Shown: one piece after another, positions 19,589 to 28,000 of the stretch
How positions within the stretch are numbered: position 1 is the stretch's first letter
Layout of the letters: each line of letters begins with the position of its first letter
Source: Candidatus Poribacteria bacterium
Lineage (GTDB): Bacteria > Poribacteria > WGA-4E > UBA9662
Direction: 5' to 3'
Assembly (NCBI GenBank): GCA_036339735.1
Contig: JAYZAL010000088.1
Span: 32,001 to 96,000, forward strand
DNA: 64,000 bases
Notes under the pieces: model-generated
The model's database searches: none
The model's input: the letters and a program-made list of their open reading frames with translations, nothing else
Told to the model about the DNA's origin: nothing
Translations under genes and position numbers: made by a program

Positions 19589-20329
19589 ATGAGATACTTA
19601 TCTTTATTTTTGGTGATTTTAGTCAACTGCACAGGTTGCCTAACTCAATTGACACAAAACTTGGCACCCAGTGGTGAGTTTGTTAATTACGCTTTAGCCG
19701 AAAATGGTGCAACTGCAGTTGCATCAGGAAGTAGTGGTGACCGAAACGCTAGTACAGTTATCAATGGAATAACCGATTCCAAGGGTTGGGATAAAGGAGA
19801 AGGGTGGGCGATGACTTTCAACCGCGAACATATGCGTTCTGGTATGATGCGCTATGAAAGTCGTATGACTCGAAAAGAACAACGTGGTGGAGCTTGGGTT
19901 GAAGTTAGACTACCGGAGCCCAAGCGAGTCAACCGTATGGTAGTTTATACTGTTGACAGTAATAAATATCCTGCATCCAAATTTGGTATTTACGAAGGTA
20001 ATTTTCAGGTCTGGGACAAGGATAATTGGAAAACAATTGCCAAAGTAAAGAATGGAAAAATCGAATACTTGACAACTACAGCAGGTAGAACGGAAGCCAA
20101 GGGACGGATTTTATTACGATTCCAACCTATTCTCACTAACATGGCGCGTGTAATGGTTTTTCGTAGTAACGATCGTAAGGTCGTTGATAAGACCTACAGT
20201 TCAACTATAGAAGAAAATACTGCTCGGATTGTTGAAATTGAAATAACAGGCTATGAGACCTTTGATCCAAACACCCAAGCGAGTAAAAATCAGGAAGAAG
20301 ATGAACTAGATAGTCTATTGAAACAATAG
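19589..20329 (+). CDS. Probable lipoprotein with discoidin/F5-8C-like (galactose-binding fold) domain
   Basis: AGGA RBS, ATG 19589, hydrophobic leader ending TGC (imperfect lipobox). NYALAENGATAVAS, INGITD, AWVEVRLPEP..V, ARIVEIEITG are typical of the fold. Confidence 0.65.
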   Translation: MRYLSLFLVILVNCTGCLTQLTQNLAPSGEFVNYALAENGATAVASGSSGDRNASTVINGITDSKGWDKGEGWAMTFNREHMRSGMMRYESRMTRKEQRGGAWVEVRLPEPKRVNRMVVYTVDSNKYPASKFGIYEGNFQVWDKDNWKTIAKVKNGKIEYLTTTAGRTEAKGRILLRFQPILTNMARVMVFRSNDRKVVDKTYSSTIEENTARIVEIEITGYETFDPNTQASKNQEEDELDSLLKQ

Positions 20330-20336
20330 ACAAAAC

Positions 20337-21407
20337 ATGATTTTGACAACATTTGGTTGGGCTGGAATTACCCTTTCGGTTCCTGATGATTGGGAAATCG
20401 CAGGCATTAGTGGGGATCAAAAATCTGGTTACTTGCGACTAGATGATGCAGAAATGCCAAGATTGGAACTCAAGTGGTCAGAGAGCAAGAAGCGTCGAGG
20501 AGTCAATCAGGAGGATCTTCATTCCGTCTTGGACGAATATTTCAAGTTAGTACGAAAAAGCTATCGACGGAAGAGAGATAAAAAGACACAATCGAATGAT
20601 CTGAATATAACAAGAGATATAGACCTTCTCAAAAATGATCAGGGAATCGACCTCCATGCCCCTATCTTTTTTCAGTGGAGAGGTGATGTGTTCGCTCATG
20701 GAGTTATATATCATTGTCCTGATAGTAAACGGATTACTATCGCTCAGGTAATGGGCCAGACTCGACAAAGTCTTCGTTCTGTCTCGATCCCGATTTTTCT
20801 CTCTTTAAAGAACTTGCCAAGCGGAGAAATTGGTAGTGAGTTCTTATGGAGTGCCTACCAGATGAGTTTCCGTACACCAGAGCGATATCGGTTAGAAAAG
20901 CACCAACTATTATCCGGTTATTTACTATTCTCCTTTGTTGACCCCGGACCATTTCTTGATCGAAAGCGTCGTTTGAGTGTTGAGCGGTATGGTTTAGCTG
21001 ATGTATTACTGAAAAATTGTGAATTAGAAGATTGGTTCCGAAATCAATACCGAAAATCTCTGCAAGGGTTCGGCTACCAAATAGAAATAGTAGATGATGG
21101 TGTAGACCAGAAATTTACCCTAGTGGGACAAGAAAATCGATTATCTGATAATATTCCTATACAGCCTTTGCAAAATCTGGATCGACTACAGCGTAGAAAA
21201 AGTATAGCGACGCATGTACGCCACTGTCGTCAATCTAATCGAATTTTCGTAGTGCAGTCGGTCTCTAAGCATGAATCCCTTCAAGTAGTTAATGGAGTCG
21301 CAAGTAGTATTGTTTGTCACTCTGATATGGACGACCTTTCTGTAAACACCACACAAAAAGATCATGCTGGATCAAATACTATACAAGCTCAGATTAAAAA
21401 AGCCTGA
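20337..21407 (+). CDS. Hypothetical protein, apparent internal duplication
   Basis: 356-aa ORF tightly packed in the operon, no signal peptide. WAGITLSVPDDWEI resembles WSAYQMSFRTPERYRL. Confidence 0.7.
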   Translation: MILTTFGWAGITLSVPDDWEIAGISGDQKSGYLRLDDAEMPRLELKWSESKKRRGVNQEDLHSVLDEYFKLVRKSYRRKRDKKTQSNDLNITRDIDLLKNDQGIDLHAPIFFQWRGDVFAHGVIYHCPDSKRITIAQVMGQTRQSLRSVSIPIFLSLKNLPSGEIGSEFLWSAYQMSFRTPERYRLEKHQLLSGYLLFSFVDPGPFLDRKRRLSVERYGLADVLLKNCELEDWFRNQYRKSLQGFGYQIEIVDDGVDQKFTLVGQENRLSDNIPIQPLQNLDRLQRRKSIATHVRHCRQSNRIFVVQSVSKHESLQVVNGVASSIVCHSDMDDLSVNTTQKDHAGSNTIQAQIKKA

Positions 21408-21789
21408 TTTGCCAGACCGCAGTGAGCTGATGAAAGCACTTCCGTTGCGGAATCAACTAGTAGAATGGAAATCAGATGATAAGGGTGAAGTCGCTTTAAC
21501 TATCCCACAAAACCATAAAGCATGGCTACGCATTCTGGCTCGTGTATTTAGCCTCCCAGATAAACGAGTAATTGTACTGGATGATGTTGGGTCTTATGTT
21601 TGGCAGCTATGTGATGGGAAGAAATCGTTAAGTCAAATATCCAAGCAAGTTAGCGATAAATATAATTTGACTGTCAAAGAGGCTGAAATGTCTCTCATCG
21701 AATACCTAAGAACGCTAGGAAAACGAGGAATCATCGGTTTCGCTATCCCCAAGAGTATGGAAAAGTCAATTAAGAAAAGGAAAAAATAG
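21364..21789 (+). CDS. PqqD-family / RiPP recognition element protein
   Basis: LDDVGSYVWQLCDGKKSLSQISKQVSDKY...EYLRTLGKRGII matches the PqqD pattern. Confidence 0.8.
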   Translation: MLDQILYKLRLKKPDLPDRSELMKALPLRNQLVEWKSDDKGEVALTIPQNHKAWLRILARVFSLPDKRVIVLDDVGSYVWQLCDGKKSLSQISKQVSDKYNLTVKEAEMSLIEYLRTLGKRGIIGFAIPKSMEKSIKKRKK

Positions 21790-22593
21790 ATGGAAGAAAC
21801 CAGAAATGTTGTTCCAGTAACACAAGACTCTCCAGCTAAATTTCAGCGGGTTCTACCTAAAGAAAATACTGTTCGAGTTCGAAATTTGATTAAGAAATAC
21901 GAAATGGGAGATACCGTAGTCGAAGCACTACGAGGGGTTAATTTCGAAATCAAGCGCGGTGAATATATCTCTATCATGGGAGCTTCAGGATCGGGAAAGT
22001 CAACGTTGTTTAATATGGTCGGTGGGCTCGATAAGCCAACAGAAGGTCGAGTGTATATTGATGAGGTCGATATCGCCCAGTTGGATGCAGCCGAACTGGC
22101 CTGGTTACGTTGTCGAAAAATTGGCTATATTTTTCAATCGTTTAACTTGATTCCGGTCATGACTGCCTTGGAAAATGTTTCTTTACCAATGATTTTTGCC
22201 GGTGAAACTGCGGATGATAGCCGCGATAAAGCTGTAGATCTACTTGATCAAGTTGGCCTCACAGGACGAGTGCACCATAAGCCTTTAGAATTGTCGGGTG
22301 GACAACAACAGCGAGTTGCTATAGCTAGAGCTTTGGCCAACGATCCCACTATCCTCCTAGCAGATGAACCAACTGGCAATCTAGACACTAAAACAGGTTT
22401 AGAAATTATAGATTTAGTCAAACGACTGAATGCTGAGCGGGGTACGACTATCATTACGGCTACTCATGACACAAAGATGTTAGATGTTTCAGACCGGATT
22501 TTTGAGATGGAAGATGGTCGGGTCATGAAAATTGAAACTCGAGATGAAATTGATCTACAGGTCGGAAAACTAGATGGGGAAGAAGTCGGGTAG
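21790..22593 (+). CDS. ABC ATPase, LolD/MacB subfamily
   Basis: GASGSGKST, IGYIFQSFNL, LSGGQQQRVAIARAL, LADEPTGNLD, THD. Confidence 0.95.
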   Translation: MEETRNVVPVTQDSPAKFQRVLPKENTVRVRNLIKKYEMGDTVVEALRGVNFEIKRGEYISIMGASGSGKSTLFNMVGGLDKPTEGRVYIDEVDIAQLDAAELAWLRCRKIGYIFQSFNLIPVMTALENVSLPMIFAGETADDSRDKAVDLLDQVGLTGRVHHKPLELSGGQQQRVAIARALANDPTILLADEPTGNLDTKTGLEIIDLVKRLNAERGTTIITATHDTKMLDVSDRIFEMEDGRVMKIETRDEIDLQVGKLDGEEVG

Positions 22594-22638
22594 AAACTGG
22601 TTCAGATTTTCATATATAACTCGTCGATCTGTTTTACT

Positions 22639-24321
22639 TCAGATCTTCTGACCTTCGATCAAGGTATATACCTGATTTGCTGACAAATTTTTGTGATGGT
22701 CAGTTTGCCCACTTGGCCATTGGATTTCCACGTGCTTAATTACTGTATCTGTCCCTAGTCCAAAATGTACTCGTAGGTCGCTGGCGGATAGATAGCTACC
22801 ATCGGATCGTACTTCCCGATACTGTGTTAAGTTCTCAGTAGTAACCATAATTTTGGAACCAATTCCTGACTTGTTACTTTTGACACCTATTGTCTTGAAC
22901 ATCACCCAATGGTTTCGGTTACCAACTTCGTTCCTTAATAGATCCGGAGACTGGTTCCAATTCGTTACGATAATATCAATATCACCGTCGTTATCGTAAT
23001 CACCAAAAGCCGCTGATCTACTAACCTTCTTTATATTCAGACCACCTGTTCCATTCACTAGTTCAAAAGTACCGTTGTGCTGATTTCGAAATAAGAGGTT
23101 TTTTTGAGGGAAAGTAACGTTAGGTTCTAATTGATTAATGTTATCCATCACATGACCGTTCACTACAAACACATCCTGCCACCCATCATTATCATAATCA
23201 AAAAATTTGATTCCCCAACCTAAATAATTATAAGTTTGCTCAGCCATTCCTGTAGTAATAGTTAAATCCATAAAGAAATCGTTACCTTCATTATGGTAAA
23301 TAGTATTGGTCTCAGTCTGAAAGTTACTGACTGTTAAGTCGAGGTAACCGTCATTGTCATAATCTCCAAAAGCAGTTCCCATTCCAGCTTCTTCCTTCCC
23401 CATACCATTATAAGCCACTCCTGCAAGTAATGCGATTTCGTCAAAGTTTCCATCACCTCGATTCTGAAATAAAAAATTTGGGTCTTGATCATTTGCCAGA
23501 TAGAAATCAGAGTCGCCATCATTATCGTAGTCTCCCACTACCACTCCTAACCCATGACAAGGTAGTGGCTGATTAATTCCTCTTTGTTCAGCCTGGTCAA
23601 TAAAGGTACCATCGCCGTTATTGACGAATAACCTATCAGGAGTTGGTGAATAGGCATGTGGTCCACAATAAACATGGATCTGGCGAATAATACATTGATA
23701 GTCAAGAGTTACATCATAGTTAGCGTAGTTGGTAACATAGAGATCAAGATGACCATCATTGTTAATGTCGGTCAATGCACAACTAGTTCCCCAACTTAGG
23801 TTATTGATTTCAGCCGATTGTGTTACATTTTTAAAACTTCCATCCCCTTGGTTTCGATACAAGACATCAGCACCAAAGTTCGTCAAATACAAATCGATAA
23901 AACCATCGTTGTCATAGTCACCGGTTGTACAACCTACACCGTATCCAGCATGACCTAAATTAGTGTCTGATGTGACATTAACAAATGACCCATCTCCCTG
24001 GTTTTGGTACATTTGGTTCGGCGCAGTCATATCAGATGAGGGTAATTGCTTAGCTCCATTCAACAGATAAATATCTAAATCACCATCATTATCATAGTCA
24101 AAAAGAGCAACTCCGGATCCAAGAAATTCATTAAACAATCGTTTTCGGCTGTGACCATCCGAGTGTACAAAATTGATTCGAGCAGTTTCGGTTACTGAAC
24201 GAAAAATTACCTCGGCAGGGATTGTAATAATGCCAGTAAAAAACGAAACCAAACACAAATAGGTATAAGACCTGATTTGCCTATTTAGTCTTGTTCTTTT
24301 GAGCTTGTAAAATTTCATCAA
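22639..24321 (-). CDS. CRTAC1-family protein (FG-GAP repeats plus ASPIC/UnbV)
   Basis: Repeated DYDNDGDLD, C-terminal SYLSASDLRVHFGLG..IQWPSG. Confidence 0.9.
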   Translation of the reverse strand: MMKFYKLKRTRLNRQIRSYTYLCLVSFFTGIITIPAEVIFRSVTETARINFVHSDGHSRKRLFNEFLGSGVALFDYDNDGDLDIYLLNGAKQLPSSDMTAPNQMYQNQGDGSFVNVTSDTNLGHAGYGVGCTTGDYDNDGFIDLYLTNFGADVLYRNQGDGSFKNVTQSAEINNLSWGTSCALTDINNDGHLDLYVTNYANYDVTLDYQCIIRQIHVYCGPHAYSPTPDRLFVNNGDGTFIDQAEQRGINQPLPCHGLGVVVGDYDNDGDSDFYLANDQDPNFLFQNRGDGNFDEIALLAGVAYNGMGKEEAGMGTAFGDYDNDGYLDLTVSNFQTETNTIYHNEGNDFFMDLTITTGMAEQTYNYLGWGIKFFDYDNDGWQDVFVVNGHVMDNINQLEPNVTFPQKNLLFRNQHNGTFELVNGTGGLNIKKVSRSAAFGDYDNDGDIDIIVTNWNQSPDLLRNEVGNRNHWVMFKTIGVKSNKSGIGSKIMVTTENLTQYREVRSDGSYLSASDLRVHFGLGTDTVIKHVEIQWPSGQTDHHKNLSANQVYTLIEGQKI

Positions 24322-25816
24322 GTCGTTTTTGATAATGTATATTATCAGGAGATTTTGATAATGCTTGTCGAATGGTGGCTTCAGCCAGGTGCAACTTGTC
24401 TTGACGCAAGTAAACCAGAGCTAGAGTTGCTAATTCTGGTGATGATGGGTTGAGTTTGACTGCTTTTTGTGCAAATTTTTCAGCATTAACCAAATAAGTT
24501 CCAGTTTCAGCGTAGATTTGGGCAATATATAGATAAGGGCGAGAATCGTTTCTCCCACCTTTTATGGCTGTTTGAAAAGCCACTAAAGCTTCATTGGTTT
24601 GTCCATTTTCGATACGCAATTGACCAAGCGTTATCATGACATCAGGCCCACAATCACCAAGCTTTACAATCTGTTCATAAACGGAGAGTGCTAAATCAGA
24701 ATTGCCTTCAGCCAAATGAACTTCGGCCAATCCATGATAAGCTAAAGTTAAACTAGGAGACAATCGAATAGCTTTTTGTAGTAACTGCTTAGCTTCTTCA
24801 AAACGTTGTTGTTTTGTGTAAATCCAACCCAATCTCAGATGTGTTTCCAAAGATTCTGGGCGTAATTGGATGAGACGATCAAAAGCTGAAATAGCAGTCT
24901 CAAAATCTCCCATCTGCATATAAATACGACCTAATTGATCCCAAGCCTCACCTATTTCGGGTTGTTCTAATGTAATCATTCTATAGTCGTTCAGGCTAGC
25001 TGTCAAATTTTGGTTACGATAATGTAGTTCGGCTATTTCTAGGCGAATTTGGACGTTAGTCGGCTCATCAACTAACATCATTTGTAAATCATGGATTTGG
25101 TCAAAGTATTTTTTCAGCGTTTTAAATTGTTTCTGATGATGATTGGCTAACTCACGATTATCTATTTGCTGATAGACTTTTATTAAACCAAAGTGTGGTC
25201 GATGATCAAAGGGGTCTAGATCGATCATTTTTTTGAAGTGCTCAATAGCTTTCTGCGTCCGATTTTGTATAAGGGCAATATGACCCAGTTCTTGATAAGC
25301 ATCGGAGAAAGTAGAATTTTGTTGGATAGATTGAATGAAAGCGGAGCGAGCATCATCCAATTGTCTCCAAAAGAGATAGACTTTCCCTATATAGTAATGC
25401 GATTCAGCTAAATTAGGCAGAGTTTTTGTGGCTGATTTAGCCTGTTGAAACGCTAAGTCGAGCTGACCTAACTGAAGATAAATTTCAGCTAACATTACGT
25501 GTGTCTGATTAGAAATTAACTCAGTTGGACTAAGATCGAATATTGGGCTTAAAATCTCTGACGCCTTGTGGTAACGGCGCTGCCGACGATAACAATCACC
25601 CAAATAATAGCGGATCAGAAAGGAAGACGGATTTTTTCTAAGAAGAGGGGACAAGACTCCGATTGCTAAAGGATATGACTCTTGCTCTATATAGCCAATT
25701 GCCAGCTCTAGCTGATGCTTATCGGATGTTGCTGCTGAAAAAAGGAGATTGGAGATTAAGCAGAGTCCAAAAGTCAGACTAAATAACTTAGCCGGTGTAG
25801 AACCTATACGTTCCAT
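24281..25816 (-). CDS. Exported tetratricopeptide-repeat protein
   Basis: Many TPR units (AESHYYIGKVY, EAWDQLGRIY, LAYHGLAEVH) and a hydrophobic N-terminus. Start uncertain (25816 or 25861). Confidence 0.85.
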   Translation of the reverse strand: MERIGSTPAKLFSLTFGLCLISNLLFSAATSDKHQLELAIGYIEQESYPLAIGVLSPLLRKNPSSFLIRYYLGDCYRRQRRYHKASEILSPIFDLSPTELISNQTHVMLAEIYLQLGQLDLAFQQAKSATKTLPNLAESHYYIGKVYLFWRQLDDARSAFIQSIQQNSTFSDAYQELGHIALIQNRTQKAIEHFKKMIDLDPFDHRPHFGLIKVYQQIDNRELANHHQKQFKTLKKYFDQIHDLQMMLVDEPTNVQIRLEIAELHYRNQNLTASLNDYRMITLEQPEIGEAWDQLGRIYMQMGDFETAISAFDRLIQLRPESLETHLRLGWIYTKQQRFEEAKQLLQKAIRLSPSLTLAYHGLAEVHLAEGNSDLALSVYEQIVKLGDCGPDVMITLGQLRIENGQTNEALVAFQTAIKGGRNDSRPYLYIAQIYAETGTYLVNAEKFAQKAVKLNPSSPELATLALVYLRQDKLHLAEATIRQALSKSPDNIHYQKRLDEILQAQKNKTK

Positions 25817-26688
25817 TTTTGACGAGCTTGGTGCATAGGGACAGTTTCGCCTTTTTGCCAAGCATAATGACCAATTGGTTCCGATCCAACCCAGCGTTCG
25901 TCAACCGGTTCATTAGCTGGTTGATAACGTGTATCAGCCGTTAGACGGAAGCGATTAGTTGTATTATCTAATGAGGCATGCATAGTAAACATACCAAATA
26001 TTAGAACATCACCAACTTGAAAATTAGTTGTCTGCCACTGTCCACCATATTTATCAATCAATTCGAAAGGGTCGTTTGAAAATGAACCAGTAACATGATC
26101 TCGGTCCACGTCCATTTGTCCGTATGTTTCTTTGATTATATCAAAACGATGTGAACCCACCAAGATTGCCAGTGGACCTAGCTCTATTGGAATATCACCT
26201 ATGGGCGTCCAACAAGTCAAAACATTATCTGTTCCACGACCCATATAGACAATATCATAATGTGCTCCAGTGAACCCTTTTGGTGGAACAACCCTTAACC
26301 ATTTATAATCATAAGTCAAAGCAGTTGTTCCGAAAAATTGGTCAAAAAAATTCATAATCTGTGGGGATTCGACTAAATCTAAAAAATTATCATCTCTTGT
26401 CATCTCTTTATGACCACCGAAGAAACCACCCCGATGACTGGTTTTTGCCACACCATTCAATAAGGGGAAATCAGTATCAATTTGTCCTTGAATTGAAAGT
26501 TGATTTATCAGGTGCTGTCGAGCGGTCTCCACCAAATTGGCTGGTTGCAGTTTGCGAATCAGTAAATATCCATCTTCTTTGAATCTCTGATGCAAAGCAC
26601 TCACTGAATCTAAGATGTCGTTTGATTCTCTTAACCAGCCTAGATATTTCCCACCTAACGTCATTTGGAATTGGTTCATGGTAACCAT
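25804..26688 (-). CDS. Phytanoyl-CoA dioxygenase (PhyH) family Fe(II)/2OG enzyme
   Basis: F.EDGYL, HYD, GDVLIF..FTMHAS, R...D.RY. Confidence 0.85.
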   Translation of the reverse strand: MVTMNQFQMTLGGKYLGWLRESNDILDSVSALHQRFKEDGYLLIRKLQPANLVETARQHLINQLSIQGQIDTDFPLLNGVAKTSHRGGFFGGHKEMTRDDNFLDLVESPQIMNFFDQFFGTTALTYDYKWLRVVPPKGFTGAHYDIVYMGRGTDNVLTCWTPIGDIPIELGPLAILVGSHRFDIIKETYGQMDVDRDHVTGSFSNDPFELIDKYGGQWQTTNFQVGDVLIFGMFTMHASLDNTTNRFRLTADTRYQPANEPVDERWVGSEPIGHYAWQKGETVPMHQARQKWNV

Positions 26689-26772
26689 TTATGACTTCTC
26701 CTAGATAACAACGTTCTATACAAAAAATTGATGTCGGTTGAAAACAATCATACACTGAATATACTACGGTCT

Positions 26773-27621
26773 TCAACTCACAATGTTAGTTGTCTCTATT
26801 GAGGGCCAAGACCAAATCCTTAGCGCAGTACGCCCTAAAACCCAGGTGAGTTCATCAGCAGTGAAAAATGGCATTTCATTTCTTACCACTGACAACGTCT
26901 CCGTATAGCTTGCTTTATCAAGACAAACTGGCCAATCCGTTCCCCACATGATTCGATTCGCCCCAAACGATTGATGAACAGATTCTACAAGGTCGTAAGT
27001 ATCAACCCACGGGTATTGCTTATGTGAAATAGACCAAGTATGGCTAATTTTGATAAAAACGCGTGGGTAACGGGCTAAATCAATTAGAAGTTGGCGCTGA
27101 TTTCTATCATTAATTGGACAGTCTGCCATGTGATCGACAACCACATCCACATCATTATATTGATCTAAAATGTTAGTCAAATCAGGAAGTCGTTTCGGTT
27201 TAGTCAAGACCAGAATAGGAATATTGTGTTTCTCAGCTCTATTAAAAATCGGTCCCATCAAATCTGGTCGAGAAAACCAATCACCCGAGGAGTCTATTGA
27301 TGGGCTTAACCGCATTCCTTGCAAACCATGTTCTTCGACCCAGTAACTTAGATGGTCAGCAGCAGATGGGTCTTCAGGGTTAATTCTTCCTACTCCCACA
27401 AATTTGTGAGGGTATTTCCTAACGGTATGAGATACGAAACTGTTATCCCAACGGTAGTGAATAACTTGGACCAAAACTGTTTTTTCCACGCCGTTTTTAT
27501 TCATTAGGTCGAGCAACATTTCTGGTGTTGCGTCATCTTTGGGTGGGTTAATCGTCTCTTTAGCCCATGGAAATTTAGGATCATTTTTCCAAACGTGAAC
27601 ATGAGGGTCAATTATTCTCAC
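26773..27621 (-). CDS. Amidohydrolase_2 family (sugar-lactonase-like)
   Basis: IIDPHVHVW, VVVDHM, FGANRIMWGTDWP. Confidence 0.85.
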   Translation of the reverse strand: MRIIDPHVHVWKNDPKFPWAKETINPPKDDATPEMLLDLMNKNGVEKTVLVQVIHYRWDNSFVSHTVRKYPHKFVGVGRINPEDPSAADHLSYWVEEHGLQGMRLSPSIDSSGDWFSRPDLMGPIFNRAEKHNIPILVLTKPKRLPDLTNILDQYNDVDVVVDHMADCPINDRNQRQLLIDLARYPRVFIKISHTWSISHKQYPWVDTYDLVESVHQSFGANRIMWGTDWPVCLDKASYTETLSVVRNEMPFFTADELTWVLGRTALRIWSWPSIETTNIVS

Positions 27622-28000
27622 AGGAAGTTTCCTCTTTTTAAATTTTGGACGATTTCTATAAATAGATTTTCAGCAAGAGAAAACAAATATCCAGCAACCA
27701 CAGGGTACCTCTTCACAACTATCTTAGTAATCGTCCGATCAGTTGGTTTACTTCATAAGTACTTTAATCTATCTTGTATCGAGAATAAAACCGTAAACGC
27801 ATGACTGAGTGTTTACTCTTACCTAAGGCTTTCTGGTTTCACGAAGAAGGATAAAAAGACAATCTATCATTCGTTTTCATTTGGACTAACGTCGACTGAA
27901 TCGATTTGATTATCGAGGAATTGCGATTTTGTAATTCTTCACTTTTACGACCGAACGAAAATAACTTAACTGATTATAAATCAATATATTCAGGTGGTGT

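Noticed and set aside
7007-21789. Classical RiPP cluster made of the radical SAM/SPASM and PqqD genes
   Set aside because: They are on opposite strands 13 kb apart, I found no convincing precursor peptide, and the radical SAM is coupled to a glycosyltransferase.
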